NCBI GenBank assembly: GCA_963814375.1
Contig: CAWFCQ010000002.1
Location: 128,001-192,000 of the forward strand
Source: an uncultured Chloroflexia bacterium
GTDB taxonomy: Bacteria; Chloroflexota; Limnocylindria; QHBO01
Direction of reading: 5' to 3'
DNA: 64,000 nt
Part shown: positions 29,829 to 39,661 of the stretch, piece after piece
How positions within the stretch are numbered: the stretch's first letter is position 1
Layout of the letters: each line of letters opens with the position of its first letter
Translations under genes and position numbers: made by a program
Notes under the pieces: generated by a model
Database searches by the model: none
What the model saw: only the letters and a program-made list of their open reading frames with translations
What the model was told of the DNA's origin: nothing

Positions 29829-30146
29829 ATGCGCGTGGAGCTGCTGTACGCCGACGGCGACCCCGCGGCGATGCCCGCCCGCCAGAACCTGGTGGAGGTC
29901 CTGACCGAGGACGCCTTCGAGACCCCGATCCAGATGATCGCGGTGGGATCGGCGGAGGACGCCGCATTCCTCGAGATGCGGGGTTCGCCGTCGATTCGCA
30001 TCGACGGGATCGATCTCGACCCCGCCTCGGCCGGAGACATCGGGCTTGCGCCGCGCGACTACGGCGGCGGCCCCGTCCCCGACAAGCAGCTCATTCGGCG
30101 GGCGGTGGAACGCGCTCGGGGCTGGGGGCACGGCCGGTCCGCGTGA
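29829..30146 (+). CDS. Thioredoxin-like fold protein (DUF2703/MerB-associated type) lacking Cys
   Basis: MRVELLYADGDP...GSPSIRIDGIDL matches the LLY.DGCP...GSPT..IDG family pattern, but the protein has no Cys. Confidence 0.6.
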   Translation: MRVELLYADGDPAAMPARQNLVEVLTEDAFETPIQMIAVGSAEDAAFLEMRGSPSIRIDGIDLDPASAGDIGLAPRDYGGGPVPDKQLIRRAVERARGWGHGRSA

Positions 30147-30196
30147 GCCGCCGGCGGGTTTCGGACCGGGGAGCTGCGCGATACCATCGGTGAGCA

Positions 30197-31399
30197 ATGT
30201 CGCCCGATCCTGACTTCCTCCCATTCGCCCGCCCCTCGATCACCGATGCAGAACGGCACGCCGTCATCGAGGCGCTCGACTCCGGCTGGTTGTCGACCGG
30301 CCCGAGAACCCGTGCCTTCGAGGCCGCCTTCGCCGAGGTCGTCGGCATGCCGCACGCGGTCGCGCTCAACTCGGCCACAGCTGGCCTGCACCTCGCCCTC
30401 GAGGCGCTCGGGATCGGTCCCGGTGACGAGGTGATCGTGCCGACATGGACCTTCGCGTCGACCGCCAACGTCGTCACCTATCTCGGGGCAACGCCGGTCC
30501 TGGTTGACGTCGAGGCCGAGACGCTCAATGCGTCGGTCGATGGGATCCTCGATTCGCTGACACCGCGATCGAAGGCTGTCATGGCCGTCCACTTCTCGGG
30601 GAGGCCGCTGGCCATCGAGACGCTGGTCGAGAAGCTCGACGCGCGCGGCATTGCGGTCGTCGAGGACGCGGCGCACAGCTTCCCGAGCCGTATCGGCGGC
30701 GACCCGGCCCGGATGGCGGGAACCATCGGTCGCATCGGGGTCTACTCGTTCTATGCGACGAAGACGATCACGACCGGAGAGGGAGGGATGCTCGTGACGC
30801 GCGACGAGGAGCTTGCCGACCGCGCGCGCCAGATGTCGCTGCATGGCATCAGCCGCAGCGCGTGGAACCGCTATACGTCGTCGGGCACGTGGTACTACGA
30901 GATCGAGGCGGCGGGCTTCAAGTACAACATGACCGATCTCGCTGCTGCGATCGGGATGGTGCAGCTCGGTCGCGCCAATGAGCTGCTCGAGGCGAGGCGC
31001 GCACTCGCGCGCGAGTACGCGGCAGCCTTCGCCACCTCGGGCCTCGCCGAGCTCATCGAGCTCCCCGCCGATGAGCCCGATGGCTCACATGCGTGGCACC
31101 TCTACGTCGTCCGGCTGAACCTCGAGCGGCTGGCGATCGACCGCGGCGAGGTGATGCGCCAGCTGCAGGAGGCCGGCATCGGCGCGAGCGTCCACTTCAT
31201 CCCATTGCATCGGCACCCGTACCACCGCGACACCTGGGGCGCCCGTGACGAGTCATTCCCCGTGGCGGAGCGCGAGTACCAGCGCGTCATGTCCCTGCCG
31301 ATCTGGCCGGGGATGACGACCGATGACGTGCAGCGCGTGGTCGCCGCGCTGGGGGACATCCTCTCGCGCGGCGTCGCGCCGGCCGCGGCGAGCGCCTAG
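30197..31399 (+). CDS. DegT/DnrJ/EryC1/StrS sugar aminotransferase
   Basis: SGWLSTGP, NSATAGLHLAL, VVEDAAH, SFYATKTITTGEGG, GFKYNMTD and SLPIWP. Confidence 0.95.
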   Translation: MSPDPDFLPFARPSITDAERHAVIEALDSGWLSTGPRTRAFEAAFAEVVGMPHAVALNSATAGLHLALEALGIGPGDEVIVPTWTFASTANVVTYLGATPVLVDVEAETLNASVDGILDSLTPRSKAVMAVHFSGRPLAIETLVEKLDARGIAVVEDAAHSFPSRIGGDPARMAGTIGRIGVYSFYATKTITTGEGGMLVTRDEELADRARQMSLHGISRSAWNRYTSSGTWYYEIEAAGFKYNMTDLAAAIGMVQLGRANELLEARRALAREYAAAFATSGLAELIELPADEPDGSHAWHLYVVRLNLERLAIDRGEVMRQLQEAGIGASVHFIPLHRHPYHRDTWGARDESFPVAEREYQRVMSLPIWPGMTTDDVQRVVAALGDILSRGVAPAAASA

Positions 31400-32556
31400 C
31401 CGGCGAGCTGGGCGCCCGGCTCGGCCAGCTCGGCCGGGGCGATTCCGGGGAGCTCCCCGGCCGGCGCATACGCGGGGCGCCGCTCGGCCACCGCGCGCAG
31501 CTCCGTGGCGATGCCCTGCCGCATCGTCAGCAGGTTGCTGTGCCGCGGGTCGCGGTAGTCCGCGACGATGCCGTCGCGGATGGCGGCATGCACCTCGGCG
31601 ATGCCGTCATCGAGATCGCGCAGCGGCCTGAAGCCGAGCGTCTGGCGGAGGCGATTGAACGAGACGCGGTAGTTGCGGTGGTCGTCGATCGGCTCGATCG
31701 TCAGCTCGGCATCCGGCACCTGCGACTGCACCATGTCGGCAATCTGCCCGACCGTGTAGTTCTGCTCGTCGGAGCCGACGTTGAAGGTCCTTCCCGCGAC
31801 AAGCTCCGCGGGCGCCTCGAGGCAGATGGCCATCACGTCGGCGACGTCAGCGACGTGGATGAAGGGCCGCCACTGGTCACCGCCGTGCACCGCGATGTGG
31901 CGATCGACGAGGCCGCGCGCGGCGAACAGGTTGACCACCAGATCGAAGCGCGGCCGCGGAGAGATGCCGTAGACCGTGGCGAGGCGGAGGACGACCGTCT
32001 CGAGGCCCTCGGCCGCGGCGACGGCGATCTCCTCCTCGACGTGGAGCTTCGTCTCGGCGTACAGCGAGACCGGGTTGAGGGCGCTCTCCTCGTCGACGAC
32101 GCTCTCGGTCGCACCGTAGACGCTGCACGACGAGGGATAGACGAAGCGCCGCACGCCGGCCTCGCGGGCGAGCATGGCGATGTTCCGCGTTGCCTCGAAG
32201 TTGATGGCCAGCGTGGTGGGCACATCGAGCGCGCAGGCGGGGTCGCCGACCAGCTCGCCCAGGTGCACGACGGCGTCGACGCCGGCCATCGCCTCTGCGA
32301 CTGCCGACGAGTCACGGGTGTCACCGACGATGACCTCGAGCCAGCGCTCGTCGAGCCCGACGAGCGAGCCGGCGCCGTAGAAGAGGGCGTCGAAGACGCG
32401 AACCTGGTACCCGTCGGCGAGAAGGCGACGGGTCAGGACGGAGCCGACGTATCCGGCGCCTCCGATGACGAGCACGCGCGGCCTGATCGGGAAAGGAACG
32501 GGTGAGAGGTACGACGAAATAGGGGTAGATGAAGACGATGAAGGTGAGTAAGGCAC
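31396..32556 (-). CDS. NAD-dependent nucleotide-sugar epimerase/dehydratase
   Basis: GGAGYVGS, VGDPAC, SSCSVYG, YAETK, RLATVYG, RPRFDLVVN and QWRPFIHV. GGAGGGGG RBS upstream of the GTG at 32556. Confidence 0.92.
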   Translation of the reverse strand: MPYSPSSSSSTPISSYLSPVPFPIRPRVLVIGGAGYVGSVLTRRLLADGYQVRVFDALFYGAGSLVGLDERWLEVIVGDTRDSSAVAEAMAGVDAVVHLGELVGDPACALDVPTTLAINFEATRNIAMLAREAGVRRFVYPSSCSVYGATESVVDEESALNPVSLYAETKLHVEEEIAVAAAEGLETVVLRLATVYGISPRPRFDLVVNLFAARGLVDRHIAVHGGDQWRPFIHVADVADVMAICLEAPAELVAGRTFNVGSDEQNYTVGQIADMVQSQVPDAELTIEPIDDHRNYRVSFNRLRQTLGFRPLRDLDDGIAEVHAAIRDGIVADYRDPRHSNLLTMRQGIATELRAVAERRPAYAPAGELPGIAPAELAEPGAQLAG

Positions 32557-32585
32557 TAGATCCCCCTCCGCAAGGACTGGCGCGG

Positions 32586-32660
32586 GCTCCGGGCTGCTCG
32601 GGACGGCTCGGTTTCGCTCGGGTTACTCGGGTTGGTCGGATGATTCCGCTATGACTCGGG
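32586..32660. repeat. Helically phased CTCGG direct repeats
   Basis: CTCGG at 32597, 32607, 32617, 32626 and 32655, with variants at 32587 and 32635; period 9-10 bp. Confidence 0.6.
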
Positions 32661-32846
32661 TAGGCACAGATAGATGAGGGCAGTACTTTAGTACGTATCG
32701 GCCCCCAAGACCAATAGGCCAATTGCCCATACGCACCACTTTGCGGGGATCGGCGAGCCTAACGAATCGGTCGCGGTGGCGTTAAGGGTCGACCGGGGTG
32801 GTCCAGATCGGCTTTTATCGGGCGCGCTAGACTTGGCCGACAAGCC

Positions 32847-33278
32847 ATGTCCGCCACCAAACGGCCGAGCACCTCGAGTCTCCGCCGCTATCTCACCTCG
32901 CGGCCGTTCATCGCGGTCGCCGACATCCGGCGCCGGTTCGGCCTCGAGGCCGACGCGATGAGCGTCGTGTCGCGCAACGGAACGACGGCGTACGTTGGGC
33001 TCCCGGAGCGCGAGGCGAGCAAGGTCCAGGACCTGTGGCAGCGTGACGAGATCGGCGTCGAGCTGTCGGTCGAGGTACGCGCGCCGGTGATCGTTGGCAT
33101 CTACCCGATGCGGATCGCGAGGTTCGTGATCGACCAGACCGGCGGCAGCGGCCATGCTGGCAACGGCCAGGTCGTCGACCACCGCGCGGGCCATGGTCCG
33201 GTGGCCGACCACCACGGGGACAACCGCCAGGTCGGCGATCAGCTCGTCGTCGCCGAGGGCGGCGCCGATCCGGCGTGA
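32847..33278 (+). CDS. Hypothetical protein, possibly nucleic-acid binding
   Basis: Basic N-terminus (SLRRYLTSRPFIAVADIRRRFGL) resembles a helix-turn-helix start; GTGA overlap with the next gene. Confidence 0.65.
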   Translation: MSATKRPSTSSLRRYLTSRPFIAVADIRRRFGLEADAMSVVSRNGTTAYVGLPEREASKVQDLWQRDEIGVELSVEVRAPVIVGIYPMRIARFVIDQTGGSGHAGNGQVVDHRAGHGPVADHHGDNRQVGDQLVVAEGGADPA

Positions 33279-33592
33279 GGGTCGGGGCAGTCGTCAGCGA
33301 CCTCATCGTCTACAGCCGGATCGAGTCGGCTGCCGACGCATCGGATGCCGCGCTCGTGCGCGCCGATGAGCCCTCCACCCTGCCGGGAGACCTCGACCTG
33401 ATCCTGGTGGACTGGGCCGCGCGACGCGATGGTTGGGCCGATGCGCTCAGGGACACGGGCGACGCGCGGGTCATCCTGTTTGGACCGCACACCGACCTCG
33501 AGGCGCACGCCGCGGCACGCGCTGCCGGGCTGGGACCGATGTGGGCGCGCTCGCGCCTCCTGGGGGAGCTGGCCCGAATCCTCGCCGCCTGA
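33275..33592 (+). CDS. Stand-alone degenerate response-regulator receiver-like protein
   Basis: VVSDLIVYSRIES...DLILVDW...VILFGPHTD...ARAAG pattern of atypical single-domain receivers. Confidence 0.6.
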   Translation: MRVGAVVSDLIVYSRIESAADASDAALVRADEPSTLPGDLDLILVDWAARRDGWADALRDTGDARVILFGPHTDLEAHAAARAAGLGPMWARSRLLGELARILAA

Positions 33593-33781
33593 GCACCCGG
33601 TGCTCCGCGCACCATCGGATGTCGGCGCGGGCGGGCGCATACGAGCGCGGATGGTACTTCCGGCTTGACCGGGTAGGACTCTCCCCGTACCCTGCCGGAA
33701 ACGTTCGACCGCGCGTTCGAGCCGCGCGGGGACGACCTACGGAGGGGATGGCCGCCCGTTCTCGGGTGGTCGATCATCAAA

Positions 33782-36700
33782 GTGCCCAGCACCGCCCCGC
33801 CCCGCCCCTTGGTTGGGGCAATCCTTCTCGCCCTCATCGTCACATTCGCACCGCAGGTCGCGGCGCCGGCGCGCGCGGCGACGCTGCCGGCGGGATTCAG
33901 CGAGACGGTCGCGTTTTCCGGCCTCACCAACCCGACGGTCGTGCGCTTCTCGCCGGACGGGCGCATCTTCGTCGCCGAGAAGAGCGGGCTGATCAAGATC
34001 TTCGACAACCTCGCCGACGCCACGCCGACGACGTTCGCCGACCTGCGCACGCAGGTGTACAACTTCTGGGACCGCGGCCTGCTCGGGATGGCCCTGCACC
34101 CGTCCTTCCCCACCGTCCCGAACGTTTACGTCCTCTACGCGCGCGACGCCGCGATCGGCGGCACGGCCCCGCTCTACGGCACCCCCGGGGGGACATCCGA
34201 CCCGTGTCCCACGCCCCCCGGCGCGATGGGCGACGGGTGCGTCGTCGGTGGACGCCTCTCGAAGCTCGTCGCTTCCGGCAACCAGGCCGGACCGGAGCAG
34301 CCGTTGGTCGAGGACTGGTGCCAGCAGTATCCGAGCCACTCGGTCGGCGCGCTCCAGTTCGGCCCCGATGGCGCCCTCTACGTCAGCTCCGGCGACGGTG
34401 CCAGCTTCGCCTTTGCCGACTACGGCCAGGACGGCTCGCCGGTCAATCCGTGCGGCGACCCCCCCGGGGGAGCGGGCGCGACGCTGACTCCCCCGACCGC
34501 CGAGGGCGGCGCGCTGCGCAGCCAGGACCTACGCACCACCGGCGACCCGATGTCGCTCGATGGCTCGATTCTCCGCCTCGACCCCGACACGGGCGCGGCG
34601 ATGGCCGGCAACCCGCTCATCGCCAGCGGTGACACCAACACCCGCCGCGTGATCGCTCACGGCCTGCGCAACCCGTTCCGCTTCGCGTTCCGGCCCGGCA
34701 CCTCCGAGATCTACGTCGGCGACGTCGGCTGGAACGTGTGGGAAGAGATCAACCGGATTCCCAACCCCAGCGACGCTACCGTCGAGAACTTCGGATGGCC
34801 CTGCTACGAGGGCGGCGCGCGCCATCCGTCGTACGACGCCGCGAACCTCAACATCTGCGAGAACCTCTATGCCGCCGGAGCGGGTGCGATCACGGCACCG
34901 ACCTTCGCCTATGACCACGCAGCGAAGGTCGTCAGCGGCGAGACCTGTCCGACCGGCAGCTCCTCGATCTCCGGCGTCGCCTTCTACGCCGGCGGCGACT
35001 ACCCGGCCAGCTACGACGGAGGGATGTTCTTCGCCGACTACTCGCGCGACTGCATCTGGTTCGTGCCCGCCGGCGCCGGGGGGCAGCCGAACTTCTCGCA
35101 GCGCCAGACATTCGTGGCCGAAGCGACGAATCCGGTGAACCTCGAGATCGGGCCGGGCGGCGATCTCTTCTACCCCGACTTCGACGGTGGCACGATCCGG
35201 CGGGTCCGATTCGACACCGGGCCCGGCACCGGCACCTACCTGTCCGACATGACGCCCACGAGCGCCACGAACGGATGGGGCCCGTTCGAGCGTGACCGCA
35301 GCAACGGCGAGGAGGGCGTGGCCGACGGCGGGCCGATCACGCTCGGCGGCATCACCTACGCGAAGGGGCTCGGCACGCATGCGGCCTCCGACATCCGCTA
35401 TAGCCTCGGAGGAACCTGCACGTCGCTCACCGCCCAGGTCGGCGTGGACGACGAGGTCGGGGCCAACGGCTCGGTCGTGTTCTCGGTAGTCGGTGACGGG
35501 ACCACCCGGTACACGTCACCGGCGCTGACCGGCTCGAGCGCTACCGTCCCGATCAACGTGCCGATCACCGGCGTCAACGAGCTGCAGCTCGTCGTCGCCG
35601 TGGGTGCCGGCGGCGATGCGTATGACCACGCGGACTGGGCCGATGCGCGCCTCGCGTGCGGCGGCGGTGGGGCGAACCAGCCACCGGTCCCGACGATTGG
35701 CGCCCCGGCTTCCACGCTCACGTGGCGCGTGGATGACACGATCGCCTTCTCGGGATCGGGGAGCGACCCCGAGGATGGAACCCTTCCCGGCTCGGCGCTG
35801 ACCTGGACGCTGCTCATGCAGCACTGCCCCTCCACCTGCCACGCCCACACGATCGAGACGTTCACCGGCGACAGCGGCACCTTCCAGGCGCCCGACCATG
35901 AATACCCGTCGCACCTCGAGCTGCGCCTGACCGCGACCGACTCCGCCGGGTTGCCCGCGTCGACGAGCGTCGCCCTCCAGCCGCAGACCGTGAACCTCTC
36001 GTTTGCCACCAACCCATCTGGCCTCCAGCTCGCGGTCGGGGCGACCACATCGACGGCACCGTTCCAGCGCACGGTCATCGTCGGATCGGCGAACTCGATC
36101 AGCGCGCCGTCGCCGCAGTCGCTGGGTGGGTCGAGCTATGCCTTCAGCGCCTGGTCCGACACGGGAGCGGCGACGCACACGATCACCGCTCCTGCGACGC
36201 CGACGACCTACACCGCGACCTTCGTCGCCGCACCGCCGGCCACGACGACCTACCTGTCCGACCTGACCCCCACCAGCGCCACCAACGGCTGGGGACCCTA
36301 CGAGCGTGACCGCAGCAACGGCGAGCAGGGCGCGGCCGACGGCACGACCCTGCGACTCAACGGCGTGGCCTACACCAAGGGTCTGGGCACGCACGCCGCG
36401 AGCGACCTGCGCTACACCATCCCGACCGGCTGCACCACCTTCGTTGCCGACCTGGGCATCGACGACGAGGTCACCGGCACGCAAGGCGGAGTGGTGTTCC
36501 AGGTCTACCGCAACACGACCCTGCTCTACACCTCGCCGCAGCTCAACTCGGTCAGCGCCACGGTGCCCATCAGCCTCGACGTGACAGGTACCGGGGCCGG
36601 CACCCTGCGCCTGGTGGCCGGGGTCGGCAACAACGGCACCGCCTACGACCACGCAGACTGGGCGGGCGCGCGGCTGCTGTGCGGCACCGGCGGCGCGGAT

Positions 36701-39590
36701 ACCACCCGGCCGACCGTGACCGCTAACGCTCCGCTCGCGGGCGCAACCAACGTTGCCGCGGACGCCAACGCGACCGTCACCTTCAACGAGGCGATGGCGG
36801 CCGGCACGATCAGCACCGCCACCATGAGCCTCGTGCGCCAGGGCACGACCACCCCGGTGCCGGGCGCGGTCACCTACGACGGTGCCAGCCGCACCGCGAC
36901 GCTGAATCCGACCGCCGGCCTCGACGCCGGGGGCATCTACACCGCCACCGTCGAGGGCGGAACCGGAGGCGTCGCTGATCTCGCCGGCAACGAGCTGGCC
37001 GCCGACCACACCTGGAGCTTCACGGTCGCGGCTGCGCCGCCGGCCGGCCTGTGGGGCCCTCCGACCGACCTGGCCGTCGGCCTGGAGCCCCACTCGGTCG
37101 TGGCCGGCCGCGTGAACGCGGACGCGACCCTGGATCTGGTGGTGGGTGCCTCCGGCGCGGACACGGCCGCCATCCTCCGCGGGCTCGGCGACGGCACCTT
37201 CCAGGCGCCGACCACGGTCGCGACGGGCGACGCACCGAAGTGGGTCGCCCTCGGGGACCTCAACCGCGACGGTCGTGCCGACATGGTGAGCGCGAACCAG
37301 AACGCCGATACGATCGGGCGCGCCCTCGGCAACGGTGACGGGACCTTCGGGCCGCGCGTCGACCTCGCTACCTGCTCCCGTCCGCACGACGTCGCCGTCA
37401 CCGACCTCAACAATGACGCCCGGGCGGACGTCGTCGCGGCCTGCTGGAACGGAAGCGTCATCAGCGTCCACATCGGGAACGGCGATGGGACCTTCGCGCC
37501 GAAGGTCGACTACGCCGCGGCCGCAAACCCGCACTCGCTGGCCGTCGGTGACTTCAACCGCGACGGTCGGACGGACGTCGCCGTGGCGAACCACGGGACC
37601 GCCGCGAACAGCGTCAGCGTGCTCCTCGGCAACGGCAATGGCACCCTCGCGGCGAAGGTCGACTACACCACCGGCGGAGGCCCGCACGCCGTGCGGACGG
37701 CGGACCTCAACGGCGACGGCCTGCTCGACCTGGTCACGGCCAACAGCCGAGGCAACTCGGTCAGCGTGCTGCTCGGCAACGGCAGCGGCACGTTCGGCGC
37801 CCGCACAGACTTCACCGCCGGCAGCGTCCCGAAGGCGGTGGCCATTGCGGACGTGAACGGTGACGGCGCCGTTGATGTGCTGACGGCAAACACGGCCGGC
37901 AACGGTGAGGATGCGTCCGGCATCCCCGATGGCGACAACGTCAGCGTCCTCCTCGGCAACGGAGCCGGATCGCTCGGCGCCCAGACCAAGACCACGGTCG
38001 GGCCGACGCCGTTCTCGCTGACAGTGGCCGATCTCGATGCCGATGGACGTCGTGACCTGGTGACCGCGAACTGGCACGGGGATGAGGCCGCCGTCCTGCG
38101 CAACATCGGAGCGACGGTGCGTGACACGGCGCCGCCCGGCGTGACGGCGAACGCGCCGGTCGCGGGCGCGACGGGCGTGGCAGCCGACGCCAACGTCACC
38201 GCCACCTTCAGCGAGCCCGTCGCATCGGTCACGGGCTGGAACGTGCAGCTCTTGCGGAGTGGTACGTCCACGGCCGTGCCGGCGGCACTCACGTACGACG
38301 CGGCAAGCCGGACTGTAACCGTCAACCCGACGGCCAGCCTCGAGGGAGGCGCCACGTACATAGCGATCGTGCGCGGTGGCCCGGGCGGCGTAGCCGACCC
38401 TGCCGGCAACGCGCTCCCCGCCGACCACGCCTGGAGCTTCACGGTTGCCGCCGCTGAGACCACGCCACCCACGGTGACCGCAACGGTACCCGTCAACGGC
38501 GCGACCGGCGTGGCCGGCGGCGCGAACGCAACCGCCACCTTCAGCGAGCCGATGGCTGCAGGAAGCATGAGTACCACCACAATCACCCTGGTCCGTCAGG
38601 GCACGACGACGCCGCTCCCCGCCGCTGTCACCTATGACGCCGCGACCCGCGCGGTGACGCTCAACCCCAACGCCAACCTCGATCCGGCCGTCACTTACAC
38701 CGCCACCGTCCGTGGCGGAGCCGGCGGAGTCACCGATGTCGCCGGCAACGCGCTGGCGGCCGACCACGCCTGGACCTTCACCGTGGCCGGCGCCAGTGAC
38801 ACCACGCCGCCCACCGTGACCGGCACGGTGCCCACGAACGGGGCGACCGGCGTGGCCGCCGGTGCGAACCTGACGGCCACCTTCAGCGAGCCGATGGCGG
38901 CCGGAACCATCAGCGCCAGCACGGTCACCGTGATCCGCCAGGGCACGAGCACGCCGCTCGCGGCCGCCGTCACCTACGACGCCACCAACCGGGTGGCCAC
39001 GCTCAACCCGAACGCGAACCTCGAGGCGGGCGTCGACGTACACCGCCACCGTGCGAGGGCGGAACCGGCGGCGTGACTGATGTCGCCGGTATCGCGCTCG
39101 CGGCCGACCACGCCTGGAGCTTCACGGTGGCAGGCACCCCGCCGGCCACGACGACCTACCTGTCCGACCTGACCCCCACCAGCGCCACCAACGGCTGGGG
39201 TGCTCTACGAGCGTGACCGCAGCAACGGCGAGCAGGGCGCCGCCGACGGCACGTACGATCACACTCAACGGGGTCGTCTACACGAAGGGCCTGGGCACGC
39301 ACGCCGCGAGCGACCTGCGCTACACCATCCCGACCGGCTGCACCACCTTCGTTGCCGACCTGGGCATCGACGACGAGGTCACCGGGACCCAGGGAGGGGT
39401 CATCTTCCGGGTGTATCGCAACTCGACCCTGCTCTACACCTCGCCGCAGCTCAACTCGGTCAGCGCCGCGGTCCCGATCAGCCTCAGCGTGGCTGGTGGC
39501 GGGACGCTCCGGCTCGTGGCAGCCGTCGGCAACAATGGCAACGCCTACGACCACGCCGACTGGGCGGGCGCGCGCCTGCTGTGCGGCTGA
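33782..39590 (+). CDS. Giant secreted multidomain protein: PQQ-type glucose/sorbosone dehydrogenase propeller, NPCBM x3, PKD-like, Ig-like (Big_5) x4 and FG-GAP/VCBS repeats; 3' end broken by apparent +1 frameshifts
   Basis: Signal peptide; DRGLLGMALHP, FGPDGALY, GLRNPFRF and GDVGW; YLSD...NGWGP.ERDRSNGE...KGLGTHA...DHADWA (NPCBM); DLNRDG..D repeats; DTTPPTV...ATFSEPM repeats. Frames switch between ~39035 and ~39254. Confidence 0.88.
36233..36690 (+). repeat. NPCBM-coding DNA repeat, copy 1 (near-identical copy at 39139-39590)
   Basis: Long identical tracts in both copies, e.g. CCGCCGGCCACGACGACCTACCTGTCCGACCTGACCCCCACCAGCGCCACCAACGGCTGGGG. Confidence 0.9.
39139..39590 (+). repeat. NPCBM-coding DNA repeat, copy 2
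   Basis: Aligns by eye to 36233-36690 with mostly codon-level substitutions, two 1-nt insertions and a short in-frame indel. Confidence 0.9.
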
Positions 39591-39661
39591 TCGCCCGCCG
39601 GGACCGATCCCGGTAGAGTTGCCGCGGACGGCCAGCGCCGCCAGAAGGGGATCGTCAACGG

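Noticed and set aside
35516-39049. 1177-aa antisense ORF and many other long alternate-frame ORFs
   Set aside because: Shadow ORFs caused by high GC and codon bias. They are Arg/Gly/His-rich, carry no motifs and overlap well-supported genes.
36233-39590. Diversity-generating retroelement (template/variable repeat pair) suggested by near-identical NPCBM repeats
   Set aside because: No reverse transcriptase in the window, both copies are coding modules of one gene, and the differences are not adenine-specific.
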